Assembly (NCBI GenBank): GCA_041661405.1
Contig: JBAZUL010000005.1
Location: forward strand, 3,164 to 67,163
Length of the DNA stretch: 64,000 bases
Origin: Patescibacteria group bacterium
GTDB taxonomy: Bacteria > Patescibacteriota > Patescibacteriia > Patescibacteriales > JBAZCA01
Direction of reading: 5' to 3'
Positions 1-9,128 of this stretch are shown here, piece after piece. The number at the start of each line of letters is the position of its first letter. Position 1 is the first letter of the stretch. The notes beneath the pieces were generated by a model. That model saw only the letters and a program-made list of their open reading frames with translations, was not told the DNA's origin and searched no databases. The translations under genes and the position numbers were made by a program.

Positions 1-275
1 ATCGCTTCCAGGGAATAAAATTTTGTTTTGTAGTTTTTACCATCCGATGCAGTTATTAAGAAATCCTTAATAACTGATTCTTCGTCTATTTCACCCTTTT
101 CAAACAAATTTTTCAAATGCATATTGACATTTGGCACAGTCGTATCAAAAAGCTCCGCCATCCGTTTCTGCGGAAGCCAGATATTTTCCTCCGAATAAAG
201 GACTTCAATATTCACCGATCCGTCCGGCGCTTGATAAAAAGCGATTTGATTGTCGGGAATCTTATTTTTTTTCAT
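1..275 (-). CDS. RhuM-family (Fic/DOC-associated) protein, N-terminal part only; the ORF runs off the left window edge
   Basis: Own minus-strand translation from ATG at 275 gives MKKNKIPDNQIAFYQAPDGSVNIEVLYSEENIWLPQKRMAELFDTTVPNVNMHLKNLFEKGEIDEESV, which matches the RhuM N-terminal pattern from memory. It is absent from the ORF track because there is no stop inside the window. Confidence 0.6.
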   Translation of the reverse strand, partial: MKKNKIPDNQIAFYQAPDGSVNIEVLYSEENIWLPQKRMAELFDTTVPNVNMHLKNLFEKGEIDEESVIKDFLITASDGKNYKTKFYSLEA

Positions 276-289
276 GGCATTTTACGCCT

Positions 290-424
290 TTAAACAACTT
301 TTATCGAAAAATCCGCATTTTTAGGCATTATTATCATTTTGTTGACGTCAACAAAATGGTCAGCTATTTTTTGACCGATTGACTCAAAGTTTTTTGTCAG
401 CGCTTTTATTGTTTCTTTTTCCAT
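290..424 (-). pseudogene. 44-codon ORF resembling a collapsed DinD (DNA-damage-inducible protein D) gene
   Basis: Translation is MEKETIKALTKNFESIGQKIADHFVDVNKMIIMPKNADFSIKVV. The DHFVDVNKM motif is typical of the C-terminal half of DinD, but here it is joined to an N-terminal-like stretch and the ORF is far too short for the family. Confidence 0.3.
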
Positions 425-455
425 AATTCACATTTAATTTTATTTATTCAGCCGG

Positions 456-755
456 TTATGCTCTTCCGTTGCCCCGTTTTCCTTTCCTCCCGCCCTTTTC
501 TTTAATATAGTCCATGACCCGGCGCATGCCCTCGTTCATCATGACGAAAAAAGCCGCGGCTTCCCGGACTTTGCCGCGGAACGCCCGGATCGTATCTTTG
601 GCTTCATTGACGGTTTCGCGGAGGTCTTTGCTCATTTTAAAAACATTCCGGAAGCTCATGGCCAGGTAATACATAAGCCAGCAAAGAAAAAAGGCCACTG
701 CTCCGATAGAGGCGGCCAATACCAGATTTAAAATGTCGCGGCTGGTAGAAAACAT
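456..755 (-). CDS. small membrane-anchored protein (one N-terminal TM helix, charged coiled tail; DUF948/YtxH-like)
   Basis: 99-aa ORF with a hydrophobic N-terminus (LVLAASIGAVAFFLCWLMYYLA) and a basic C-terminal tail. Confidence 0.5.
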   Translation of the reverse strand: MFSTSRDILNLVLAASIGAVAFFLCWLMYYLAMSFRNVFKMSKDLRETVNEAKDTIRAFRGKVREAAAFFVMMNEGMRRVMDYIKEKGGRKGKRGNGRA

Positions 756-826
756 GTTATTGGTTGATTAGTTAATTAGTTAATTTATTTAAGCGAAATT
801 TCCCGATTAACCAATCAATCAGTGAG

Positions 827-1144
827 CTAATCCAGCTTTTCCTCTATCTCTATTTTAATGCCCCCGACTTTTTTGGCGATGAAATTATAGATAGCGGCGA
901 GAACATAGCCGATCATCCAGCCAAAAGCGCCGCAAACAATAAAAGTCAAAACGCCAAAAAGGATTCCGGCGGCAACATGGAAAAAGACGACCGCGACGAT
1001 TGATCCGGCAAAACTTGACTGGGCTATTATATTACCGCCGACAAAAATAGCGAGCACAATGCTGACAAAAAATCCGATGGTTCCGTAAACCGCGCCGATA
1101 ATTTTAGCCAGGCTCGTTTTATTGATTTTTTTTATTTCGGTCAT
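827..1144 (-). CDS. small integral membrane protein, unknown function
   Basis: 105-aa ORF with three Gly/Ala/Val-rich hydrophobic segments, co-oriented and tightly packed with pheT. Confidence 0.55.
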   Translation of the reverse strand: MTEIKKINKTSLAKIIGAVYGTIGFFVSIVLAIFVGGNIIAQSSFAGSIVAVVFFHVAAGILFGVLTFIVCGAFGWMIGYVLAAIYNFIAKKVGGIKIEIEEKLD

Positions 1145-1153
1145 AATTTTCTT

Positions 1154-3628
1154 TTAAAAGTCCCTCACCTTCGCGCCGAACTTATCAGCCAGATGCTTAA
1201 CCAAAGCGTTTTGCACCTCTTCAACTTCTTCGGATTTCATGGTTCGGCCGGCCTGGTAAATTATATGGAAAGCGAGGCTCTTCTTTCCGGCCGCGAGATT
1301 CTTTCCTTCATAAACGTCAAAAACTTCGGCGCTCTTAACCAGTTCGGAAAATTTTTCTATCTCTTCTTTCATGTCATTATACAATATTTTAGCGTCAAGG
1401 ACAAACGAGAGGTCGCGGATGACTGGCGGATATTTTTCAAACTCGGAATAACCGGTTGGCTGGGGGAAAAACTGCGCGAGCGCGCTAAGGTCAATTTCAG
1501 CCAATCCCGCCTCTTTTTTCACTCCGGCGCGCTTCGCGATCCGGGAGTCAAAACCTCCCGCCGTTCCTATCACAACGCCGTTGGTTTCAATTCCAGCCGC
1601 CCGAACGCCGTCCATCCAACCCGGCTTTTCGTCCAGGAGTCCGAATTTCGCTTTTAACCCGAGGCTTTCCAGAAGAAAACCGATAATTGATTTCAGCTTT
1701 AAAAAAACCTCGTCCGCTTCTCCGCCGGCAACGGCAATGGCGAGCCGCTCGGCCTGCGCCAGAAGTTTATCTTTTCCCGAAGCGTCCTTATTCAGTTCTC
1801 CGGGACGGTTAGAATAAACCGTGCCTATCTCAAAAAGGCTGATCCGCTCCCGGCGAGCCTGGTTCTTTTTTATGTTTTCCACAAGGTTGGGGACAAGGGT
1901 CGGCGCTAAAAGGTTCATAGTTTCGGCAATCGGGTTTAATAGCCTTATCGCCGATCCGGCATCAATCTGGAGCTTATTAAGCTGTTCCTCGCTGACAAAA
2001 GAATAATTATAACTCTCGGTCAGGCGGGCGCCAAAAGCCAGGATCTGCCTGATTTTCTTTTTTAGTTCCCGCGCTTTCTCGCGCGGCGCCTGGTTCAGGC
2101 TGATTTCCGGCATGGCCGGCGTTATTTTATTGTAGCCGTAAATCCGCGCCACTTCTTCAACAATATCTTCCCTTATCGCGATATCTTTGCCCGCCCGCCA
2201 GGTCGGGATTGTAATAATTAGCCCGCTGCTTTTCTTCGCGACCGCGAAACCGAGGCTTTTTAATATCCGCGAAACTTCAGCTTCCGGAATTGCTTCCCCG
2301 ATCCGCTCTTCAATCCAGCTTAATTTTATTTCCAGCGGCCCGGTATTTTGCGAAAAATTTCTCTCATCAACCGCTTCGCTAATTACCCTTGCTGAAGGGC
2401 AGATTTCCTTAATCAACTGAACAACGCGGTAAAGGGCGATCGCGGCCAGGCTGGGGTCAAGGGATTTTTCAAAACGCATTGATGATTCGCTCCGGACACC
2501 GAAAAAACGCGAAGTTTTTCTTATGGTAGCAAAATCAAAATTAGCTGATTCAAGGACAATGGAATCAGTCTCTTCCGAAATTTCCGAAAAAGCGCCGCCC
2601 ATTACTCCGGCGATTGCGATTGGTTTTTCTTTATCGGCGATGACAAGCGTTTCATCGTTTAATTCGCGCTCTTTGCCGTCCAGCGTAGTTATGGTCTCGC
2701 CTTTTTTCGCTTTTCTTACGTTTATATAACATTCAAAAATCTCTTTTTTATTTAGATCCGGCTCGAGCTTGGCGAGATCAAAAGCGTGCATGGGCTGGCC
2801 GATGTCAAGCATGACATAATTAGTGGCGTCAACGATATTATTTATCGGCCGGACTCCGGCGGCTACAAGTCTTTGGCTTAACCAGTCTGGCGAAGTTCCA
2901 ATTTTTATTCCGCCCATGGCGAGCGCCATGTACCTCGGCGCTAATTTTTTATCTTCAACCGCCACTTTAATAACCGCGAGCTTGTCGTCAGTTTTTATTT
3001 TCAGTTTGCCGGATTTCTGCCCCGATAGCGCGCTGTTAATTTCTTCGGCTTTTTTCGTCAGCCTGGCGTTTAAAAAAGCGGCGATTTCCCGAGCCACTCC
3101 GACGTGCGACCAAAGATCCGGCCGGTTGGTTATGGATTTATTATCCACTTCAAAAAGGACATCGCTTAAGCCGAGGACTTCGGAAAGCGGCTTTCCGGTT
3201 TTGGCGTTTTTATCTAAAATCAGGATGCCTGAGTGGTCGTCGCCGAGTCCGAGTTCATCAGGCGCGCATAACATGCCGTTTGATTTTACTCCCCGGACTT
3301 CCACCTCTTTGATTTCAAGGCCGTTAGGCAGAATCGCGCCAATCAAAGCCAAAGGAACCATCTGGCCGGCTTCTATGTTCGGCGCGCCGCAGACGATTTC
3401 CAACTTTTCTTTTCCGGTATCAACCAAAGCCAGCCGCAAACGGTCGGCGTCAGGATGCTTTTTTACCTCTATAATCTTCGCGGCAATGACATTCTTAAAC
3501 TTATCCGCCTGGCTTAATACGCCCTCAATTTCCACGGTGTGCAAAGTTAAAAGCCGCGCCAGTTCTTCGGGCGTTATATTTTTCGGAATTTCCACGTAAT
3601 CCTTTAGCCAGTTGAGTGATAAATACAT
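1154..3628 (-). CDS. pheT: phenylalanine--tRNA ligase beta subunit
   Basis: 824 aa. N-terminus MYLSLNWLKDYVEIP, tRNA-binding, B3/4 and B5 regions and C-terminal FDVYEGK motif are all typical of PheT. It lies adjacent to pheS. Confidence 0.95.
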   Translation of the reverse strand: MYLSLNWLKDYVEIPKNITPEELARLLTLHTVEIEGVLSQADKFKNVIAAKIIEVKKHPDADRLRLALVDTGKEKLEIVCGAPNIEAGQMVPLALIGAILPNGLEIKEVEVRGVKSNGMLCAPDELGLGDDHSGILILDKNAKTGKPLSEVLGLSDVLFEVDNKSITNRPDLWSHVGVAREIAAFLNARLTKKAEEINSALSGQKSGKLKIKTDDKLAVIKVAVEDKKLAPRYMALAMGGIKIGTSPDWLSQRLVAAGVRPINNIVDATNYVMLDIGQPMHAFDLAKLEPDLNKKEIFECYINVRKAKKGETITTLDGKERELNDETLVIADKEKPIAIAGVMGGAFSEISEETDSIVLESANFDFATIRKTSRFFGVRSESSMRFEKSLDPSLAAIALYRVVQLIKEICPSARVISEAVDERNFSQNTGPLEIKLSWIEERIGEAIPEAEVSRILKSLGFAVAKKSSGLIITIPTWRAGKDIAIREDIVEEVARIYGYNKITPAMPEISLNQAPREKARELKKKIRQILAFGARLTESYNYSFVSEEQLNKLQIDAGSAIRLLNPIAETMNLLAPTLVPNLVENIKKNQARRERISLFEIGTVYSNRPGELNKDASGKDKLLAQAERLAIAVAGGEADEVFLKLKSIIGFLLESLGLKAKFGLLDEKPGWMDGVRAAGIETNGVVIGTAGGFDSRIAKRAGVKKEAGLAEIDLSALAQFFPQPTGYSEFEKYPPVIRDLSFVLDAKILYNDMKEEIEKFSELVKSAEVFDVYEGKNLAAGKKSLAFHIIYQAGRTMKSEEVEEVQNALVKHLADKFGAKVRDF

Positions 3629-3676
3629 ATTCTTGATTCGTTAAATTCGTTTCTTATTCGCGTCAATTCGTGATTC
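3629..3676 (-). repeat. phased CGAAT-word array in the pheS-pheT intergenic leader
   Basis: Plus-strand ATTCG occurs at 3636, 3645, 3656 and 3666, giving 9, 11 and 10 bp spacing. The array fills the whole 48-bp gap before the pheT start. Confidence 0.7.
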
Positions 3677-4723
3677 TTAGAATTGCTCCAAAAACCTTAA
3701 ATCTCCGCTGTTAAACAGCCTTATGTCTTCAATGCCGTATTTTAACTGGACAATTCGGTTTAAGCCAAAGCCAAAAGCAAAACCGGTGTATTTTTCCGAA
3801 TCAATTTTTCCGGCTTTTAGCACGTTCGGATGAACCAGCCCGGCGCCGAAAATTTCCAGCCAGCCGGTTTGTTTACAGAGCCTGCAACCCTGGCCATGAC
3901 ATAAAAAGCAGGTTACTTCCCCGTTAAAACCGGGCTCCACGAACGGGTAAAACTTCGGCCGCAGGCGCACTTCCGTTTCCGGGCCGTATAAATGCCTGGC
4001 CATAGCCACCAGCACGCCTTTTAAATGCCGGATATTTATATTCTTATCAATCATCAGGCCTTCCAGCTGGTAAAAAGTGTGCTCGTGCCGGACATCGGTC
4101 GCTTCCGAACGGAAACATCTGCCGGGAACGACGCACCGGAGCGGAGCGCCGTATTTCAGCATTGACCGAACCTGCATGGGCGAGGTATGGGTGCGCATGA
4201 CAAGATCGGGCTGGCCGTCTTCTTCGCCTTTGACATTAAGGCCTTTCGGGTCAATGTAAAAAGTGTCCTGCATATCCCGAGCCGGATGCCACTTCGGGAT
4301 GTTTAACGCCTCAAAGCAAAAATAATCGCTTTCCAGTTCCGGCCCTTCCAAAACCATGAAATTAAGGCTCTGAAAAAAGTCTTCTAAATCTTCGCGCACG
4401 ATCGTTATCGGATGGAGATGGCCGCGGGCGATTTTTTTTCCCGGCAGGGTCGCGTCAGTAAACCCTCGCTTTTTCGCGGCGTTTTCAAAAACTTCTTTAG
4501 CTTCTTCAAATTTTTCCCTTATCGCGATTTTCAATTCATTAGCGAGCTGACCCGCCTCTTTCTTTTCCTCGTCTGTGAGCTTAGCGACATCTTTTAAAAC
4601 TCCGGCCAGCTCGCCTTTCCGCCCGAGAATTTTTATTTCCAGCTCGCGCAAAGCTTCCGCGTCTTTTACTTCTGACAGCTTGCTTAATATTTCAGTTTTT
4701 AATTTTTCAATTTTATCTTTCAT
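3677..4723 (-). CDS. pheS: phenylalanine--tRNA ligase alpha subunit
   Basis: 348 aa with class II aaRS motifs (FRSEATDVRHEHTFYQLEG, GFAFGFGLNRI) and a C-terminal DLRFLEQF. Confidence 0.95.
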   Translation of the reverse strand: MKDKIEKLKTEILSKLSEVKDAEALRELEIKILGRKGELAGVLKDVAKLTDEEKKEAGQLANELKIAIREKFEEAKEVFENAAKKRGFTDATLPGKKIARGHLHPITIVREDLEDFFQSLNFMVLEGPELESDYFCFEALNIPKWHPARDMQDTFYIDPKGLNVKGEEDGQPDLVMRTHTSPMQVRSMLKYGAPLRCVVPGRCFRSEATDVRHEHTFYQLEGLMIDKNINIRHLKGVLVAMARHLYGPETEVRLRPKFYPFVEPGFNGEVTCFLCHGQGCRLCKQTGWLEIFGAGLVHPNVLKAGKIDSEKYTGFAFGFGLNRIVQLKYGIEDIRLFNSGDLRFLEQF

Positions 4724-5166
4724 AACATTTTTTCAGTCCTTTTATAACTCACCAGAAAAAATTCCAGAATACTTAAACCTAAAACTAAAAACCCCAGGTT
4801 CGCCCAATTAAACAAATCTTCGGACAGAAGGATTAGCGCGACAATAACCAGGGCGGCGAATAAAAACGACTGGCGGAAAGCTTCAATGACCGAACGCGCC
4901 GCGAGCTGGCGTTTAAAAGCGATAAAGCGGATTACAAAACCGAAGATGGCGGCCGCGCCGGTTATGGCAATAAAAAGCGAGGAATAAAAAAGGGTAAAGC
5001 CGACCCAATTAGTAATCTCCGGATTGACAGTCCAGGCGACGTAAGAAAAAACCGCGAAGCAGGCGGCCGTCGCCAGAGTCATGATAAATAGATACAATTT
5101 CAGACCCATGGGTATCGTGGATGGCGATTTACGAATTATAAAAATTTCCGCGCATCCATAAATCAA
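4720..5166 (-). CDS. integral membrane protein, unknown function (4 predicted TM helices)
   Basis: 148-aa hydrophobic ORF whose stop overlaps the pheS start by 4 nt (ATGA). An internal start at MGLKLY is possible. Confidence 0.55.
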   Translation of the reverse strand: MIYGCAEIFIIRKSPSTIPMGLKLYLFIMTLATAACFAVFSYVAWTVNPEITNWVGFTLFYSSLFIAITGAAAIFGFVIRFIAFKRQLAARSVIEAFRQSFLFAALVIVALILLSEDLFNWANLGFLVLGLSILEFFLVSYKRTEKML

Positions 5167-5243
5167 TCTTTAATAATATGCTATCACTTTACCGCCAATT
5201 TTTCAATCACCCGGGAGTCGGTGTGGCCTGTCCGGTAAAACGG

Positions 5244-8200
5244 CTACCGGCTCACCTTCCTAAACTCGCATATCCCTTTAAAGTCGCACCAGTCGCAGGC
5301 AAAACCCGGCTTAGGGGTAAAGTCGCAGGAGCGGATGCCTTCAATTAAAGAAAAAGTAATTTCTTCAAATTTTAAAACGTCCTTTTCCTTGGCTGAAAAA
5401 GAAACCGCCGTCCCGTTATCAAGATAATAATAAGCAAGTTCGGAAACTTTATGGTTAAAAAGGCTTTCCACGGCGATCTTATACAAAATCAATTGCTTCT
5501 TTTCGTCAAAAGAAAGTTTCTCTTTGGCTGATCCGGTTTTATAATCAAGGATGCGGACGGTTCCGTCAGCGAGGCGGTCAACCCGGTCAATAATTCCGCG
5601 GAACATGTAATCGCCTAACCGGACGGCGAAACTTTTTTCAAGATACAAAGGATCGGGCCAGCCGTTTTCTTCAAGGCTTTGATAAAACATTTTAAGCGAT
5701 TCCCGGCCTTTCTTTTTATAGCCCTCTCTCTGCTCTTTATTATCATAGCCGTCGTTTTCCCAGCGGTTTTCAAAAATTTCCATGAGTCTTTTCTGATCCG
5801 GTTTTTTTACCGCCTTTTCTCCGGCGCCGAAAAGCCCTTGCTGGGCAGTATCGCCTTTCATCAGAGTGAAAAGGAAATCCCTTAGAATGCCGTGCATGAC
5901 CCGGCCGTAAGTAAATACCGGTTTGCCGGGCGTCGGAATTTTTAAGATATAGCTAAATTTATATTGCAATGGGCAGGTCGCGTAAGTTTCGGTCTGGGAA
6001 AAAGAAAATTTCTGGGGGAGAAAATATTTTTCAACGCAACCCGGAGCTTTTTCCGGCGCGCCGGCGAGATCTCTTAAAAATTCGCTTGCGGCGCTCTTTG
6101 CCGCCGGAGATGCCGGTCGCGCGGAAATATCATCCATTCCGGCTTCGGCTAAAAAGCGGGAAATTTTTTTCTTTTTCGCTCCGCCATAATCTTCGGCGCT
6201 CGTAAAAAATAATTTTTCTTTGGCCCGGGTCATGGCGACGTAAAAAAGCCGGCGCTCTTCTTCTAAATGCGCGTCTCCGCTCTCGGGCAATTTTTCCCGG
6301 ACTAAAGCGTCGGGAATGGAAATTTTTTCACCCCTCCCGATAGTCGGAAATTTTTTATCAACGACGTTAGCGATGAAAACGTATTTGAATTCTTTGCCTT
6401 TGGCGGCGTGCACAGTCATCACCTTAACCGTATCGGCGTCGTCCGCGAGCGTATTTAAGGAGCCGGTTTCGCCCGATTCCATTTCCAAAGCCAAAAGTTC
6501 CATAAATTCCCTTAACCGCAAATCCGGGTCGTTATCTTCGTAAAACTTTATCCTTTTAAAAAACTGGCCGATCTGGTTAAAAATTTCCTTGTCGCGGTCA
6601 AAATCATAGTCCTTAATAAGTCCTGATTCGTTAATGAAATTTAAAAAAATCCGCGAAGGCTTTTCCCGGCGCGATAATTCCGAGTGCCTGCCGATCATGG
6701 CGACTAATTTTCCGGCGCGCGCGGCCGATTCCGAACTTATCTTCGGAACAGCGGCGATATTTAAGATTCCCTCGTACATGGACCAGCCTTTAGCGCGGAC
6801 GAAATAATTAATTGCGATAATATCAGCGTGGCTCGCGCGGAAAGCCGGTATATTTAAAACCCGATAGAGAGCCGATGATTCATGGTAATTATCCAGCAGT
6901 TTAAAATACGCGATAATATCTAAAATCGCCGGCTTATAGTAAAGCCCTCTCTGCGAAACAAAATCCACTGGAATATCGCGCCGCTTCAGCTCGGCGATAA
7001 ATTTTCCGGCCGTATCGTTGGCGCGGGTGAGGATCGCGAAATCAAACCAGGCCGCCTCTTTGTTGGAATTTTTCAGAGCTACAATTTTTTCAACTGTTCC
7101 GCGGGTTTCATCCGCTTCATCCGCGAAACGCAAATGATCCACTTCGCCTTTTTCCTTTTTATTCGCTTTTAAATCCTTGCTAATCTTTAATTTTACTTCC
7201 AGCCGGTTCGGGTCGTTATGCTTGATAAATTCATAAGCCTTATCCAGTATCGCCTGTCCGGAGCGGTAATTGACGCTTAATACCACTGCCCGGGCTTTGG
7301 GAAAATCGTCTTTAAACTGCATGATATTGCTCATGGACGCGCCCCTGAAGCGGTAAACGCTTTGGTCGTCATCCCCGACCACGACCAAATTTTTCTTTTC
7401 TCCGGCGAGGATTTTTATCATCTCATACTGCGCCCAGTTAGTGTCCTGAAATTCGTCCACCATGATATACTTAAACTTTTTCCGGTAAAAATCAAGGATG
7501 TTGGGACGCTCTTTAAACAATTTAAGCGTATAATAAATCAGGTCGCCAAAATCAAGATAGCCGTTATCCAAAAGCAGTTTATTGTAAACATGATAGGCGT
7601 TCGCGAGCTCAATGATTCTCGCCGCTTCCATGCCGTCAATTTTATTTTCATCTTCATCTTCGGTTTTGGTCTTAGGTTTAGATTCGGGTTTTGATGCGGA
7701 TTTAGAATTTTTCGTTTTGGAATTTGAAATTTTATTGGAAATTGGAAATTGGAAATTGGAAATTTTTTTTGTCTTACTTCCCGACAGCATCGCGTCGCCG
7801 TCCTGCTCCAGTCCGCTCGCGTATTCTAAGTATTCGGCCGGAGTTATATCTTCGTCTTTTAAACGGGAAAAATGTTTTAAGAGTTCATGGATAAATTTGG
7901 TAGGATTGCCGAGCGGCCGGTAATAATCAAGATTAAATTCATTTAAATTCTTTTTAACCATTACCCAAGCCTCGGTTTCGGTAATCACCTTAAAATCGCC
8001 GGGCAGGCCGATGTCTAAAGCGTGCTCGCGCAAAATCCGGGCGCAAAAATCATGAAAAGTTGAAATCCAGCGGTCAACATAACCGTAAGGCAATAACTTA
8101 TCGGCCCGTTCGTCCATTTCCTCGGCCGCTTTGCGCGTAAAAGTGATGAGTAAAATATCTTCCTGCTTAGCTAATTTCTTTTCAATTAAAAAAGCCAGCC

Positions 8201-8318
8201 GGTTAATAAGAACGGTAGTCTTTCCGGTTCCGGCGCCGGCCACGATTAAAAGCGGCCCGTCCGTATGCGTCGCCGCTTTCAGCTGTTCGGGGTTTAATTT
8301 TTTTAACGAAGCATCCAT
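5244..8318 (-). CDS. UvrD/PcrA-type SF1 helicase fused to a C-terminal PD-(D/E)XK (Cas4/AddB-like, Cys-cluster) nuclease domain
   Basis: 1024 aa. Walker A is AGAGTGKT and the DEFQDT and VGDDDQSVYRFRGA helicase motifs are present. The C-terminus carries TCPLQYKF, a DRVDRL...ILDYKTG nuclease core and a terminal CDWCDFKGIC cysteine cluster. Confidence 0.9.
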   Translation of the reverse strand: MDASLKKLNPEQLKAATHTDGPLLIVAGAGTGKTTVLINRLAFLIEKKLAKQEDILLITFTRKAAEEMDERADKLLPYGYVDRWISTFHDFCARILREHALDIGLPGDFKVITETEAWVMVKKNLNEFNLDYYRPLGNPTKFIHELLKHFSRLKDEDITPAEYLEYASGLEQDGDAMLSGSKTKKISNFQFPISNKISNSKTKNSKSASKPESKPKTKTEDEDENKIDGMEAARIIELANAYHVYNKLLLDNGYLDFGDLIYYTLKLFKERPNILDFYRKKFKYIMVDEFQDTNWAQYEMIKILAGEKKNLVVVGDDDQSVYRFRGASMSNIMQFKDDFPKARAVVLSVNYRSGQAILDKAYEFIKHNDPNRLEVKLKISKDLKANKKEKGEVDHLRFADEADETRGTVEKIVALKNSNKEAAWFDFAILTRANDTAGKFIAELKRRDIPVDFVSQRGLYYKPAILDIIAYFKLLDNYHESSALYRVLNIPAFRASHADIIAINYFVRAKGWSMYEGILNIAAVPKISSESAARAGKLVAMIGRHSELSRREKPSRIFLNFINESGLIKDYDFDRDKEIFNQIGQFFKRIKFYEDNDPDLRLREFMELLALEMESGETGSLNTLADDADTVKVMTVHAAKGKEFKYVFIANVVDKKFPTIGRGEKISIPDALVREKLPESGDAHLEEERRLFYVAMTRAKEKLFFTSAEDYGGAKKKKISRFLAEAGMDDISARPASPAAKSAASEFLRDLAGAPEKAPGCVEKYFLPQKFSFSQTETYATCPLQYKFSYILKIPTPGKPVFTYGRVMHGILRDFLFTLMKGDTAQQGLFGAGEKAVKKPDQKRLMEIFENRWENDGYDNKEQREGYKKKGRESLKMFYQSLEENGWPDPLYLEKSFAVRLGDYMFRGIIDRVDRLADGTVRILDYKTGSAKEKLSFDEKKQLILYKIAVESLFNHKVSELAYYYLDNGTAVSFSAKEKDVLKFEEITFSLIEGIRSCDFTPKPGFACDWCDFKGICEFRKVSR
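7718..7764. repeat. heptamer tandem repeat (GGAAATT) x4 perfect plus degenerate copies, inside the helicase ORF
   Basis: Perfect units lie at 7737-7743, 7744-7750, 7751-7757 and 7758-7764. On the coding strand they encode ISNFQFPISN within a Lys/Ser/Asn low-complexity insert. Confidence 0.9.
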
Positions 8319-8537
8319 ATTTTTCTTATGCCATTATCCCGACATTTTCTTTCCCTTTCCGCTCGCCGAATTTGCCAACTTTACTCAATCGGGTCTATAA
8401 TATAGCCAAACCTTAATATCCGTATTTTATTTAATTTTAGGAGTATAGTCAAATAAACTCGCATATTAAGAAGTCAGACGAGATATAGTAAAAGCGAAGG
8501 CGGGCTGAATCACTAAAGTTATAAACCTGAAAAATAA

Positions 8538-9044
8538 TTTCAATTTATAATTACTCAACTTAACCCAACAATCCAACAAATTTATCAAATACTTGAGGGA
8601 ATCAATTTTCCAGAATGTGACGGCTGTTCAAAATGTTGTTATTTACCTTGGATTCTGAAAGAAGAATATAATTATCATCTTAATAATTTTAGCAAGACTA
8701 CTAAGAAAATAGCTTCTGTTGCTTTTATTAATCTTTCCAGATGTAAATATGCCAAAGGAAATAAATGCCATCTTTATGAAGACAGACCCTTGGATTGCAG
8801 ATTGTTTCCGCTTGACATAATAGAAGAAGATAAAAAATATTGGTGGTGTATATTTACTTTTTGCTCCAAACACAATGAAATTAAGAAAAAATTTATTCCA
8901 CTGATTCCTAAACTTGAAAAAGTTTTTACTTCGGGAATATTTAAACAATACAAAAACCAAATTGCTATTACAAAAAAAATCTATCCTCCATATCGGTTAA
9001 AGCAATATAAAAAAATCAGAGAATTCAAAAACCACCTCAGTTGA
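8538..9044 (+). CDS. YkgJ-family CxxCxxCC cysteine-cluster protein; start codon unresolved (possible pseudogene or non-canonical start)
   Basis: My own extension of track ORF 8790..9044 shows the frame open from 8538. It encodes PECDGCSKCCYLPW...CKYAKGNKCHLYEDRPLDCRLFP, matching the YkgJ/PF03692-type pattern. There is no in-frame ATG/GTG/TTG upstream of the Cys motif, only ATT, ATA, ATC and CTG. Confidence 0.55.
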   Translation, partial: FQFIITQLNPTIQQIYQILEGINFPECDGCSKCCYLPWILKEEYNYHLNNFSKTTKKIASVAFINLSRCKYAKGNKCHLYEDRPLDCRLFPLDIIEEDKKYWWCIFTFCSKHNEIKKKFIPLIPKLEKVFTSGIFKQYKNQIAITKKIYPPYRLKQYKKIREFKNHLS

Positions 9045-9055
9045 GATGGTTTGTG

Positions 9056-9128
9056 AAGTGGAGCCAAGGGCCCTCTATCCGAATGTTAAGTGCGGATTCC
9101 TCGCCATGAGGTGGCCCCTTGAACTCCA
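9056..9128. other. 73-nt three-way-junction hairpin of unknown function
   Basis: GTGGAG(C)CAAGGGCC at 9056-9071 pairs with GGCCCCTTG(AA)CTCCAC at 9112-9128. This encloses two small hairpins, ATCCG..CGGAT and CCTC..GAGG. Confidence 0.35.

Noticed and set aside
1193-3599. Plus-strand ORFs of 61-258 aa inside pheT (for example 2823..3599)
   Set aside because: They are antisense shadows of a confidently identified gene. Their translations are low-complexity and Ser/Pro/Phe-rich, with no motifs.
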